Assembly (NCBI GenBank): GCA_036172245.1
Contig: JAYWIR010000031.1
Span: 124,001-188,000 of the forward strand
Direction of reading: 5' to 3'
Origin: Raillietiella orientalis
Taxonomy: Eukaryota
DNA: 64,000 bases
In this document: in pieces, positions 14,101 through 28,276 of the stretch
Numbering within the stretch: position 1 is the first letter of the stretch
Layout of the letters: each line of letters starts with the position of its first letter
Program-made: the position numbers and the translations under genes
The notes under the pieces: generated by a model
Told to the model about the DNA's origin: nothing
The model's input: only the letters and a program-made list of their open reading frames with translations
The model's database searches: none

Positions 14101-17100
14101 AGGCGATCTGGAAAAGTCACCTGCCACCGGACACCGAGGATGGCCTCCTTATGCCTTTTTTTTTTTACCACAGAAAAATCCTAAGTGGTTCCGGGATCAA
14201 ATACTGGACGGGCCCAACATTCAGGATTTCTTCAATGCGTGTGGGGGTCCCAGGAAACTCAGCTTCACGTTCAACGCTGCGCCAGGACCGAGCAGCGTTG
14301 AAGGCGGAGTCAGGAGCTGCAGGCGAGCTCAAGGAGGACAATCCCAAGGGATTGTTTGAGGACGGCGACAACGTTTCCCGATACTATCCCACGGTACGTG
14401 CGGTGATCGCCCTCTCCATCCTAAGCATTGTGACAGGAAGAACAAAGATGTGGAGATCAGGAAAGACTACAGCTGCCATGGAAATGAGATGGAAAGAGGA
14501 ACGAAGGACTCATTCGGAAGGACTAAGGCATTAGGAGCTGTGGCCGAATCCCCGGCCTGGACGAGTCGCTACATCTCACGAAAGACTGAGGATGCTGCTC
14601 TGGGTGAGAGGAACTCTCCAAACCCCCTGCTGATCGGAAGCCGGGCGACCCGATAACCAAACCCGGACTTGGCTCGGAAGAGTGACACTCGGTGCAGTGC
14701 GAAGCTTAGTTTGAACGACAAAGACGGTGCTTTTCGTATCGATCGATCAGTCTCGTTGTCGTCGTGCATTCCAGTTGTTTTTCAGCCTCTGTGGCTGCGG
14801 AGCTCAGATTGAAACGTGTGGACGGCACACGAGTCGCAGTTGGACGGAATGCTATTTCGCGTAACGCGTACTCGATCGAGGTGTGCTCGATCGTTTATAA
14901 AGTGCTGATTAAAGTGAATATTGTAATTGCTTGTTTACATCACATTAAACAAAATATTTTCACTTTTCCCAAATATATATTATTTATTTAAAAATTGGAA
15001 CTATAATTCCAATGAAATCAATAATTTGTTTGGGCATGGTACAATATAATCAATTATACACGGCACAACTATAATATTATGCTAGGCAGCTGCAGAGATC
15101 ACGACCGTTCATCGGCGAAAGACGTGACTCTGAAAAACCGACAATAGTTAGTCGATAGAAATAGAATTTTGTTTACTGCCGTTGCTAAGGGAATTGTAAG
15201 AGGGTAAGTTCATGCATCCATATCAAACATGGATCGTGTCCACTTACGTCGCCAGTAGAAGGTAAAAAAAAAAAAAAAACAGATGTATTTGCCAGACACA
15301 TAGATGCGTGCATAGCGAACGCTGACAGTTTTCGTCGGACGCCTATATGCGTCCATAGCACTCAGAGGGTTTTAAAAAAAAAAAAAAAAACGTGAGCTCC
15401 GGATGAGCAGCTAATAATTCCGCGAATAAATCTTCCTCCTTCCTATCAAGACCAACTTTATGGCGATCTGTTCGCCATCGCTCGAGCAGAGCATTCCTTC
15501 AGAGATGAAGCAAACGCACTCCTTTCCGTCTAAAATCGTCCTGCCGACCGTCGTTGCACCTGAGCACAATCTTCCCTATTGCTCTGGTGTTGACGTTTTC
15601 CATTTCGGCTTGCATGTACGGCGCGTACCTTTACCAGTTTGAGTAAGCGTCATACATACAACTGGGAGCGGTCCGCCGCTGAAGTGGTGAGAGGCAGTTG
15701 GGCCAAAGTCGGCCCACGGGAACAATCAAAGAACAGGTTGCAGTATCGTGAGCTGAATTGCTCGCTCAGGCGGTCAACAGCAGAGGCCACGAATTGCTCG
15801 CTCAACTGCAGTGAAGCCGACCATCTTATTGATGGATGAACCGTGTGCTGTTCTTCGTCCAGTTTCTTGATCATGGCAACCGACACAAGTGAAAATCTTA
15901 TACAAGAATTGCAATTAATATTCACCATAGTTGTGGTGTCACTCACTCAATGAAACAGGCAGAAAAGTCAACTCGTCATTATCACCAGCATGGAGATGAT
16001 TTCCTGCCTCAACACAATCTCAACCCCCTTGCCTAGATGCACCATCCTGCACCTCTTCTACGCTACGGTATCAGAGACGGGCATAGTAGAGGACACCGGG
16101 ACCAGAGCGACTAGCAAGTTGCACTCACTGATTTTCATTATTCAATCCGCTCTTCTCAGGCACATTTACACCCTTAAATCCTATTTCAGTGTAAAATTAT
16201 GTTACATTTTCGATGTGAAAACATATCGTGGTTCGCTGTATTCCTTCTCATTTCGCATCTTGATTGGAACTTTTAAGTACCCTTTTTTAAGAACATTACG
16301 CCTAAAAAATCTAGAGAACGATCTACAAACATTAAAAATCCTCGGAAATTATTAATTAATTACCAAGCAAACTTCCTCTGCAGCCCGAAAACGATCGAGA
16401 CAGCTCTCCGGTTGCTTCTCTCCGAGGCTCTAAGCGCCGTTCCTTTCCTGGATGGAAGGGTCTCGCTGGAAACCTGTTTTCCCTTGCTCTCTAATGCCAA
16501 ATCATGCAGGTCATCATCCCCTTGCCTTGATTATTCATTATCGGTACTTATTCTGCTATATTAACAACGACTCAACTCCTTAAAACACCTGCATGTAATA
16601 CCCTTATCAAGGAGCTCTCACATTAAGCAAATTCCCACGTTTAGCCACAACACTTGGCATATAATTCGCAAAGCTTTTAGCAATTGCCAGTTCAAATTAT
16701 TCTTACAATTAGAGCTAAATACCACTAATATCGGCAAGCTTTTAAAAATTTATATACGCTAACTGACGCATCAAATTTAGCAGCGACGATCAAAATCCCG
16801 AACTATCTTAAAAAGAAACACATTTGCTTTTTAAATATATTAATATACATATATACAGAGATTAAGATAAAAATTTATACAGAGATTGAGAAAAAAATTT
16901 ATTTTAACGTACATATTTAATAATATTTATTAACATACGTATTATTAAAATATTTTAACATATATATTTCATAAACTTTATTCGTACGCATATCATTAAT
17001 ATAATATTATGATATATAATCAAGGCACAGGGATGATATATTCATTACATATATTTACTTTTATTATATATACTTATATTTTATCATATATGTTGATGTT

Positions 17101-20100
17101 TTTATTATATATATTATAAAGATTATAAAAAATCAATGCATATATTCATCATGTAAGTTGATACATAAGCATTATAAACGTATATTGATATATAAATTAA
17201 TATTCAGATCAATTATTCTCAAGATTATAAAAAATAAATGTACACACCTTTTATGTATACTGATATATATATTCATATATATACATTAATATGCAGATCT
17301 ATTTTAACATGCATATTTATTGACGTAATTGATCAGGTGTATCAGGATATATTAGTAATATATATAGGGAAGATTAAAAAATATATATGTGTTTATATTT
17401 ATCATATATATTAATAGGTATGTACACATATAAGAAATATATATGCAATGAGTATATAAATATGAAATTACAAACATATATATTCATTATACGATCGAAA
17501 TCCCGAAAATAGAATTCGTCGCTTCCTGAAAAAGATTCATTTTAAAATAACGGCAGGAAAATGAAAATTTCCTTTTGTTTTTTTGATTTGCTGACTTTTC
17601 ATCCCCCCACTACTTTTAACTGCCGCCATCTTTCATGTTTTAAAATTCGATATTTATAAATTCATTTCATATATATTCATTGCGTATGCATACATTACAA
17701 CGTACATAGTAAACATAATAAACATGTATGTTTATTACTTATAATATGATGTAAATGCATATGTAAAAATCATATGTAAAAATGGCTACTAGAAGCCGGA
17801 TGGAATCCCAAATGTCGTAGGCCCGTTTCTGCCACACGGGCCAATCGGTCAACGGATTTATCAAAAAATCGCCCTTTTCTTGTTGTAAACGAGTGTTCCT
17901 GTTAAAAGAATGCTTGACTTTTTTCACTTTTTAAAGAGATCCCTGTGAGTTCAACCGTTTAGGCAGAGTGGGATTTTTCCATGGAACGCTTTGCCTTCGA
18001 AGGGGTTCAGGAAGGAGGAGAGGAAAAGAGGAGGTCGGCCCCGGTGCCAGCAAACTCTTTTACCTGGTAGAAGGCAGGATTCTTCATCCAAGAGCGTTTT
18101 GTGATGAGCTTTTCCTCTGCATTCCTGGGGCCTCCCTCACTCACTGGATCTTCTTCCGGCAGTGACCTGTTGTGGGTTCCAATCAGGAAGAGAAGACTCG
18201 TAATACATCCCACGCAAGTGACGATGCCAGAGATGACCTTAGCGGGGAGAAGAGAGACATCTTATCAGAAACGGGCAAACCGAAGAGGAAGCCTGAACGG
18301 TACGGGAGGAAGAAAAAAGAAAAAAAAACCGGCATTTACTTCCGGATGGAACCGGAAGATGAGGAAGCAGGGGCTAAGCGGTGCTGAAAGAGCCAGCTCA
18401 GGCAGGAGGCGTCCATTGCGAGGAAAACGCAAGCGACGAAGAGGTCGCGACGGCAAAGCTTCCCGCTTGCCTACTGCTTGCTGCTGCCGCTGCGAGTTCC
18501 GTCTCGAAGGGACGCTGCAGGGAGCCAAAGAGGAAGCGCCGTCTCATGATTCTGTCCCCCCACCCCCCAGGGGCATTTTCTTCGTCAACAGTGTGTTCCT
18601 TAGGAAGGGGGAGGGGGGAGATCAGACCACGGGGAGACTCCTGAGTCCCTGCCTGCCCACGATGCCATCGGCGAAGAGCCTCCAGAGATTCGTGACCAGG
18701 AGATCCTTGCTGAAGATCTGCGCTGGCTTCGTCACCTCCACCATGATTTCGGGAAGGGGGCAGGGGATCTCCATGGTGGGAAATGTACCGGAGCGTCACA
18801 CGTGAGAAAACTGGACTGGTGCAGAGGTCAGCGCGGTCCTGCCCTCGCTCCCCCCCCTTCGCAGACGGTGGCGCAACCCACTGCATCATCGGTGGGAACG
18901 TGGGAGGAATCCACGAGAAGGGGTGGGTCTTTTCGAAGCCGCGAGGAAGGCGGCGGGCGTGCAGCAGGGAGGATGGTGGAAGCAAGTGGAAAGTGCGTTT
19001 CCCAGGGAGACCCTCCCATCCAGGGAAGGAGCGCCAACTTGAAGCTGGGGAGCGAGCAGGAGCAGCCGGAGAGCTGTCTTTTTCCTCGCATGCGGATCCT
19101 CAGAAAGAGAACCAACTGGCCATGCCGACGCCGGAAGCTGCAGCCACATTGCGTTGTAAACGCGGGGAGCGAATGCGCGAGAGCAAGCACGTCAGACGCA
19201 GGTGCAGTGAGGGATGCGTTATGCATCTGCGCAGTGACCATTCTGGTCTGCTAGCGGATTGCGTGCTGAAGGCAACGAGGTGGACATTTTCACTACGGAG
19301 CGGGTCCGACAGGTCAAGGCCAAGGACGCGGGAAGGGAACGACCACTGGAAGCTAAAGAAAAGTCCGCGGCTCGGCAACATCCTCCAGAGAGCTTTTTCC
19401 GACGAATCCACCGTCTGAGAGGGGGTGAACCGCTGCTGCTCGCTTCTGACTGTGCAGAGTGTGTTTGGAGCGTTGCTGAGCTACCAACGTGATGAACGTC
19501 AGGAGCGCCCTTCCCCCGCAGCTGACGCCTACCTACGGGCACTTCCGCATCATCCATGCATCACGATGACGAAAAGCAAACCACCTAAACGCCACAGGCG
19601 GAATGGGTTGGAGAAGTGTGCAGGGGGGGGGGAGGGGATTTGGCTGGAGAGAGGCAGATTAATTCTGCGAAGGAACGCGACTCGGTCCGGCCTCTCATCT
19701 CTCCCTGCACGGATGGTCCACAAGAAGAAAACTCTTACCGCCTATCGTGTTGGGACGCGGAATCGGAACACGAAAGGTAACTTCTGCTTTGCGCGGAGCG
19801 AAAAGGTGGGGTCGAAGAATCGTCAGCCCGCGCACTCGCAGCTGCCAGGGGAGGACTCCTCTGATTCACCAGCTAGCGCAAAAGGCGACTACCTGCGCTT
19901 CTGTTCTTCCTGTTCATCTGGACCGGGGAAAAAAAAAAAAAGCTTTCGGCGGATTTCGCAGCTACGCGTTTCGACCTCCTCGAACTTCCGTCCCAGACCC
20001 TCACGCGACCAGCTGCTCGGGCCATGGCTGCAGAATAGATGAGGGAATAGGAGGAGATGGAACGAGATTCTTAATTTTCCGGAGGGAAAGACAGAGAACT

Positions 20101-23100
20101 CCATCAGGAGGTGCAAGAATCCGAAAACAGTCGGATGACTCGAAAAACCTCCGTGGCTCGGGCTGAAAAGCGTGGAACCACAAGGAGGCATCCGGTCGCT
20201 GGCGCCGAGGAGAACTCCCGAGCAAGGCACGAGTGCAGGCTGCAGGGAATTTTTGTTCTCTCATCGCGCATCCAGGCTGGAGAAACCAAAAACAAGACGC
20301 TAGAAAAAAGAAGAAAAAACAAAAAACACGAGATTGAAGATGGAGGCAGTCTGCATTAGGGAATAGCAGCGCACTTGTTTACTTGCTTGCTTGCATTCAG
20401 ATGGAAGCCACGTTGTGCGCCGGACGCACCTGAGCTGCAAAACAGGGACATTACCGGCGTTCTCAGGAATCCTCTAGAATTTTTCGCTCGGGAGCCGCGA
20501 AAGAGACTCATCAAATGCAAGCGCAAATGGTGAGGAGTGGAATCGAGGGATGATATGCATGGGAAATCGGTCCACGTGCCTACCCAGAAGCCGAGAAAGT
20601 GCTAGAGAAAAGAAGGAATGGAAGAGGAGGAAGAGGAGGAGGAGCCGAGAGAGAAGAGAGATGAGCATCAGCTGCTGCAAGAGAAAGCAAAGACTTTGTC
20701 TTTCTTTTCCTTCTTCTTTGCGTTCTTTCGATCAGCATAAACTTACTCGGAAGTTCTGCGTTTCCTTTTTCTCGCTTGGCATTCCCTCGGAGGACACGAT
20801 GTCGACCCCGCTAAACACAATCCAGCCCACGATATACACGAAGATCGCACTCACGAACGTGAACAAGTTTCTAAAGAGAAAGAAACATGAGTTGGCGCGG
20901 ATTCCAGATCTCCTCGGCTGACATTCTCTTCCCCGTTCCCTCCTTTAAAGAGCAGATAACAGCGCGCGAATTTCTGTGCTCTGCCGAAACACTCTTCCCT
21001 TTTTGGCGAAGCAGAGTCACTAGCCGCAGGTCCAATTACCACCGCGATTATGGAGATTTCTTTTTTCTTTTTTGCCTTCGACAAACAAACAAAAAAATAA
21101 TTTTGTAATTTAGGTTCTCTTTAGCATCAGGTTCGAGAAAGTTCGGTGGAGGGATCTTCAGGAAACCGCAAATTCATCGCATGCGTTCTCCCATGAAGAA
21201 AAAAAAAATATTCCTCTGGATCCAGGGAACGTTCAGAGGAATGGTACTGTTTCGCTAGAGAGGGAGTCGAGCGAGTTTCGAATAAATCCACCCGACGGGC
21301 CTCACTTGAAACCTTCTGGAGGAACCGCCCGATCACACGGGAGAGCAGAGCAGCGGTCCTGGGAAGACAAGCGGCAGCCGAACGGGGATGGAACAGGGCT
21401 CGCGGATGTTGAGGATTTTCCTTCAGAGGAAGGTCAGGGAAACACAGCCACTGCGAGGAGCATCCCCCAGCTCCCCCAGTGTTCGCTTTCTTTTACTCGT
21501 TCTTGAGACTCAATCGCCGGTAGCCTCCGCGAGTCCTTCCGGAAGTCCTCACATCTGTCGACACGCGGCACTGCAGAGTTTTCGCGGCCTGGAGGCGCGA
21601 AGAACCTCTGCCCCAGCTGTTGCTCCTAGCGCCCATTCGAAGTTGTTGGAACCCAAACGACCTTTTCGAACCTTGGCGGCTGAGGATGTCGAAGCACGGA
21701 AGGTCACCGCAGCACCTACTTTCTCGGTTTGCTCGGCGCTTCCGGGACCTCGTGGATCCCCACGGGATCTCGGTTTCCGTTCCGCAGTGCCTTTCAAGGG
21801 TCAGCTGCACCGGGGACGCCGCACGAAACGCTTGAGCGCTGCATCGCGTCCGGAACGCGGTGAGGACCAAAGGAGGATCGATCTCGAGAGAAGCCGAGGG
21901 GCGGAGGACAACCTCTTTCTTTTCTCTCGGAGAAAGATGCGAGGTTTCTCGGCGAGGGTCAGAAACAGGGGATGACCTGAGTCTCGAGATGGGACAGCGG
22001 AGGGAAGTGGACGGCAGGCGCCTACACCTCAGGCACTTCCTTCCCGGTTTGGATCATGCGGAAGGGCTCCCGCTTGCAGCGCGTGATCGAACTCTCGCGT
22101 TACGCCCGTCTCTAAAGTCCTCCGCGTCGGCAGCCGAACGCGGTGCAGCCGAGCCTCCTTTCGCAAGACCGTCGACACACCATCCGCTCTCTTTCCTCTT
22201 CTCCCATTCGGCTTCGGGGCGCCGCGGAGACGAAAAATCCCGGCGCTTTTTTTGTTGATTGTTTTCCTTTCCGTCGACGTCACATCAGGCGGGGGTACGG
22301 AGCATGTTACGGAGCGGAGGAAAGGAAACCAACCAAGGATTTCCCTAGAAACGGCTAGCGAACGGGGAAGAGCCCATCGCCGAACCCTGCCCCGCCTAGG
22401 CTTGGGGAATGTCACCCGGCTCATGGTCGCTTTCGTCCCGAGATTCCGTCTCCGTCGGTGATGCCCAAGAGTGGCGCGCAGCTGCTGCTGCCGATGGGGA
22501 GTGACCGCCGTTCCAGGTCTCGCCGTGAGGGCAGTGAGGGAAGCGGACGGTGGTGAACTCAATCCTGGAGGAGGGTTGCAGGAAGAGGAGTTGGGATCGA
22601 GAAAGACGACGTTCATGAGTCGAACTGCCGAGAGATCGTTTCCGTTCCTCTCTTTTCCGTCCCGTTCCACCGCTCCCCCTTTTGCCTTTTTCTTCCCACG
22701 CATGCCGCAACGTGCGAACCGCACGTCTGCTCTCGCAAGTGCGTACGCGCTCGAAAGCCCAGATGCAACCCACGGTGATTCCAAACCCTCCGCAGCTTAC
22801 GTCAGGGAAGTCTGCGTTGCGAGGGCGTCTTGTGCAGAGAGCTCGGCGGCTTGCGTCACCCCTAGACTGGCCAACGAGGGACTCCTCCTCTGAGCTTTCC
22901 TCGAAGGTTCCCATCGCCCCCCTTCCTCTCCCCCGTAAGCCGAACGAGAGGTTGGCAGGCCAACAGATGCCGAGATGGACGCCGCTAGAAAGATAAAAAA
23001 GAAGGAGAGAGAGAGAGGGGGGGAGGGAGGAAATGCCAGCAGCAAAATACATAAAATGAAAAAGCGAAAATGGACGGGACCCCTCCTCTCTCTCTCTCTT

Positions 23101-26100
23101 TCTCTCTCTCTCTGCTGTCTCCTCCGTACCTGATCAGATTAAGGGTCTCCCTCTCCTTCTTGTTGTAGGTCAGCTCCGTATTGAGAGCCATGTGCGACAC
23201 CTGGACGGAAGCCCATCCGATCTGGAAGAGGAAGATCAAGGGGATGAGGTACGCCATCAGGATTATCGGCTGGTCCTTCCTTTGAGCTGGGCACATCACG
23301 AAGATGAAGGGGAAGGAGAACAAGCAGAGCAGCGTTCCTGGGAAGACAAGCGGAAATCATCGCATGCGTGCGTGCGTGAGGGTGTTCCTTCCTCCGATTC
23401 CTGAGACTCCGGTTCTCCCCTTCCCTCCACGTCTCCTAGCCGAATTCTGCCTTGGGAGTTGGGGGTTCGGCAGCGAAAAGGAAAAAAGGGATGGAGAAAA
23501 CTCGTCGGGATTTCTCTCTCTCTAGCAAATCTCGTTTTCCCCTAGAGGGAGGGAAGGGGGGAGGAGAAAGCCTCGCACCACCTTGCTGCAAGGTGCGAGG
23601 AAGACGTTCCATGGGAAGGACGATGTGGAGAACCGGGGGAAGCCTTTCGAAATTCCCTGCCTTCGCTCTCGGGAAGCGGAGGGCAGAAGGGATGAGGATC
23701 GAGACCACCACGGAATATGGAAGGTTCCCCGGAGAATTGCGCGGAAGGTCCGCATCTTCGCGAGATGCGAAATCAGGAAAGGTGCAGTGGCTCCCACCCT
23801 CCTATCTCCCTGTCCCCGTCCCCACGGCAGTGCCCCTCCTATTGGTGATCGGGGAAACCCCTTCAGCCTAAGTGGGTTTCCGGGAGACGCACCGCTCTCG
23901 TTAAATCCTCACGCGGGCGGAGCACATGCCTCTTCAAGTTCTCAGGAAGAGATCCTCCGGTCGAGAGGACGCGTGTAGGCATCGCTCACTGCCTCCGGTT
24001 GGCTCTCTCAGGCTACTTTGACCTTTGGAGCCTGATCTTTGCGAAAACCTCGGTTTTTCCCGATGGCGAATTTCGTGTGACTCCGGAAACCTCCCGGGGA
24101 CGAGGTTTCTCTCTCTCGGCGTCTCTGCGCATCTCCTGCTTTGCATTGGATCGTCCTGCGACCGCCGCGGAAACCACGCCTTTCAAAGATGCGCATCTCA
24201 AGAAATGGGGCTTCCTCTTCCAGGGGCGTCGCTTTCCCGCTTCTCAAGACTAACGCTGACAACGCCTTTGGATGTGAAAATCTTGGACGCTCCGGAATAG
24301 AGACAGATCCTCTGTCCCCTCTCTTCCGAAGGGCGCAGATGTGGAGCGAAAATCTGAACGGCCTGTTTTCGAGCTCCTCACCGGCAACGCCCGTCTGTCG
24401 AAACGAGCAAAGACGCAAGAATCTCCATTTGGGAGTCTGCAAGGGCTCCGTCGCCAGCAGAGGAGACTCCCAAAGAGGAAAAGCTCCTGCAGCTGATGAA
24501 ACTCATCGCACCTTCTTCCGGGTAAGTCACTGGCGTTTCGTCTGGAACTATAGAACTGCGTGGAGGAGAAGGAGGATTGGAGGAGACGTTCAGATGAGCT
24601 CCAGATCTACTCCATCATCATGCGCCTCCGGCGAGCCGTTGCCTATCTCTTGGAACGCGAAGTCCAGGATCGGCAGCTCCTTTCTTTTTTATTATTATTT
24701 TCCGAGTAAAAATTCACAATTTTATTTTTACTCGGAAAAAAAAAAAAAAAAAAGAGATCTTTCTCCTTCCTGATGTTCACTTTGGCGTTCTGCTCCGCCC
24801 TCTTGCAATTGCTGAGCACGTTGGTGCAGGAGCGACCAACCTTCGCCCCGTGCCAACCGGTCTGCCCACATCCGGGTCGGTGAAGGTTCTCTGGAAGTGA
24901 CCTCACAACCTTGCATACATGGAAGGACAAGAAGACGAACAGGAAGTGAAGATGCTGATGCGTGTCCCCCCTTTCTGCGCAATCCCTCCGTTCTCTCGGA
25001 AGACGGAACCTGTTCGAAAACTCTCTCGGTCACACGACGTAAGCGTGTCATCCAGAACGTTACCTGCCCTCTTAGGAGTGCTCCCGACGCGTTCAGAAGT
25101 GCTCGAGAATGAGAGCAGACTAAACACGCAAAAGAATTCAACAAAAGATGCTCAGGTGACAGCCACAGCCCCGATCACTGGTTCTGGGAGCACCAGCTAA
25201 GCCACTCTTCAAACGATCGAACGTAGATCAAACAGTCAGACCGTCAGAAGACCAATCCCCGACCCTGATTCAACGGACAAAGGTCAATCGGGCCATGCTT
25301 AGCAGAATCGGGAAGTCTCCAGTGCCGGGCGAAAGAGTCGAACGTTTCCACGACCCCGCAGCGACGCGAGGCGTCAAAACGCGCCGCGGCGAACCGAGCG
25401 GCTCGGTCGCTCGCCGCGTGCCCGGAACGGAAGGTGAACCCGCACGAGAAAGCCCTCACCTCAAGATTGAGCCCTCCCTCTCCTATAAAACCCACTGAGG
25501 ACCATCCTTCCGCCAGCAACGACGATGATGAACAGGAAGAGGAAGCAGTGGAAGCTGTGGGAGATCATCCCTGCTTTGCACTTCATTATTTGGTGAATTC
25601 TTGCTGGGAATCTTTCGGAGGTCTCAAAAGTGATCTCAGATCTAGAAAAGCACGTCCTGTTCTCTTCCCTGCAAGGGACGAAATCCTGATTTTATCGGAG
25701 CTGGCAACCCTCCTCCTTGCGGATGAGTTCATCGCACAAGCGACAGCTTCCATCCAACGTGCGCATCCTTCGATGATGGGTTACAGGAGATGCGTCCGTA
25801 AACCGTAAACTTCAGATGTTTTCTTGATCTTTGTTCTCTAATGCCAATTTCTTACTTTCCGCAGCACTAGAAATCCCTGCGAGTTGGTATGCGGATGCTT
25901 TTTGCCTCATCATCGAGGATGTCGGCTTCGTCGTAGTCACAAAAGTTTCTCTTCCATGGTCCACTTCCAGCCAGCGTGCACTTCCTCCAGTTCGCCTCCC
26001 TAGGTTTCCCCAGCCGCACACAGATTGCACTTCTCCCGTTCCTGGTGCAGCGCTCGTCCGCAGAACGCTACTGCCCCACCTTTTCGTTGCCGATCCCACA

Positions 26101-26943
26101 TTCCTTTTCTTGGCATCTCTATTTTCACCTTCTCAGGAGGGATTGGCACAGCATTCGTATTCGATGAGCGACGAACCGACGAGTTTGCTACTTCAGCAGC
26201 ATTTTTCCCTCTTCTCCTCCTTTTTTCCCTTTTTTGCGACTCGCCCTTCTGTCTCTTTGGTGGTCTTAACCTGGAGAGGATGCTGGCTCCTATAAGGTGC
26301 CGATCGCTCCATGTGGCAGATCTCGCGGCCAAAGCGAAAGACCGTAGCGAAAGAAAGAAGAAAAAAGGATCGGACAGCACGGCTTTCGCCTAAGCGCGCA
26401 GCAACCTTCGTTCACTGAAAAGGAGGCTCCATCGCATCCTGAGACTTTCACTCTCCCCCTTTTTAACGCAATAACCGATTCATGTTCGCGGATGTTATTG
26501 CTCTTGCACCATTGTCAAATGGATGGAAATTTTGAAGGATGACCTCCTACCAAACAACTTTCCGACTTATCTGACAGAGAAAAATCAAACGGGAATCACC
26601 TAACAAATACCAGATCTTGCGATTGTCCAGTTCTATCTTCCACAGCTTCAGTTTCCAATGTCCGTGATCGGACTCTATTCCTACTAATGGGGTGGCGGCG
26701 GCATCGACGACCTGCCCGAAAAGCAACAGGATACCGGCCAGAAATTCCGAGAGCTGCGAAAGTGATGAAGGATGCACTTCCTCACTCGTGCGTCAATTGC
26801 CTTACCTGGATTATGTGTATGATGTAGAGGAGCAGATAGGAGAACCACATGGTCGCCATGAGATCGTTCATCACGTGCCCCAATCCGTAGCAGATCTTGA
26901 CTGCCCAAGGCAACCTGACCAGCTCCTTTGTGCTTTCGCTCAT
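2181..26943 (-). CDS. MFSD12: MFSD12-like major facilitator superfamily transporter (lysosomal cysteine importer family), 11 coding exons, ~492 aa
   Basis: Manually spliced exons in transcription order: 26943-26806, 26753-26600, 23337-23130, 20870-20747, 18237-18064, 11772-11680, 7576-7481, 5480-5301, 2581-2493, 2451-2327, 2278-2181. All introns are GT..AG, phases are consistent, total 1479 nt. Peptides [75 protein letters not shown] and [13 protein letters not shown] are collinear with human MFSD12 as I recall it. The last 48-nt intron may be retained. Confidence 0.92.
8650..9800 (-). mobile_element. Possible very degraded Ty3/gypsy pol remnant (RNase H to integrase) in MFSD12 intron 6
   Basis: Faint ordered remnants (KPL, DYDV, D.DL...GTW, SCQ, VFSRH). 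No intact frame. Confidence 0.25.
13823..13854 (-). pseudogene. U2: Diverged 5' fragment (nt ~1-32) of U2 snRNA inside MFSD12 intron 5
   Basis: Minus strand reads ATCGCTCCTCGGCCTCTTGGCCGAGATCAAAG, 4 differences from the U2 5' end, starting exactly at U2 +1. Confidence 0.7.
16787..17670 (+). repeat. AT-rich interspersed repeat, copy A
   Basis: Starts with CGATCAAAATCCCGAA. The distal ~400 nt (ATCTATTTTAACATGCATATTTATTGACGTAATTGATCAGGTG...) are near-identical to 28390-28785. Confidence 0.85.
25500..25900 (-). mobile_element. Degraded RT fragment in MFSD12 intron 2
   Basis: Remnants resembling AFLDL and KQG.SP in the right order. Confidence 0.3.
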
Positions 26944-28276
26944 CTTGAAAAAGACGGCACCTCACCGGTTCACAAAACAAACACCGGATCACTAGAATTG
27001 CTGGAAATGGGATGCTTTCATTGCGTGGAAAAAAATGAAAGAAAGAAAGAAGGCCGGTTTCTCGTCAACATTGGCTAGCGCACTATCGCTGCCGCGCAAA
27101 CCCAAACCGTATAGAGTGTATATAGAGGATCCGTCCGGGAAAAAAAAAAGGTCCATCGAAAAAAAAAAAAGAAACGCCACGCTTACTCGAACACGGAACC
27201 ACGCTCGCGCCTTTTTCACTTCATCCTCCTCTCCTTTGCTTTTCATTTAGACGCGTTCGGTTATTCGGCATTCGTCTCTCTGTCTCTCCCCCTCTCTCTC
27301 ACGGTAAAGGAAAAAAGCAGCAGAGAACACGGAAAATCAGGTTCCCGCTAGGTTGGATGCAAGATAAGAAATATTCGAAGAGAAAGGCAATAACCTGCTC
27401 CAAGCAAGAAAACTCAAGATGATCAGCTTTATCAGTGGACAGTGGATCTTTCTGTTCGTTCAGAATGAGCCTTTTTCCCTCTAGGAGGAAAAGACTCAGC
27501 AAGATTAGATCCCGGGTGCTGACAGAAAAACAAACTGGGGGATCCCCGGAACATCGTTACCAATCGGCCGTGTCGAAACCGGGCGCGATGGTGCTCAGCA
27601 AGGAGCAGGGATAGGGTGAAAATTCTCAGGTACTTTTAGACACGCGAAGAGAACGAGTGGGGAAGCTCTGACGCTAGCCAAAGGATTCCCCGAACGCTTT
27701 TCAGAAACTTCAGGGGAACAAGCAGATGGTTTCCACTAAGAAATCCCAATACGAAAATCGCCAAGGATGGCCCGGAGAGCCATCGCGACCGAAAGCCAAG
27801 ACCCTCTCGACGTGGAAGGTGGGTTTCCGGACGACACCGCTCTGAGGAAGTCTTTGCAAGAACAACCATTCCCGAGCACACTTGCTCCAGATAGACCAAA
27901 CCAGCAGTTGTAAGAGTCGAGACCTACAGAGAACATTCTCTAAGGCCATTCACGCTATTCGTTTCCTTTCCCTAAGAGTCAGTTCCCTCAAACGGGCTCT
28001 TCAAGCTTACAGAGCACCAGAGGCTTCCAGTCGGTTTCTGGCCCTGTTAGTGCCCGATCTGGATGCGTACTACCCTTAGAGGGTGGCTGGCTCAAAGCTC
28101 CACAGGAAAGGCTCGTGGCGCATGTCATGTAAGAGACACGGATATCGGTACTAGGAGCTACGGAATCAGCGCTTAAGTGGAAGGTGCTCCGTCATCTCTT
28201 GCATGAACGGATGCAGCAATTGAGAGATCTGCCCGGACAGGGTTTGGTTCAACATCCCGAAAATCAAGATCGTGAT

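Noticed and set aside
11000..27000. Dozens of overlapping 60-250 aa ORFs
   Set aside because: Expected from high GC content. They lie in MFSD12 introns or antisense to its exons and show no domain signatures.
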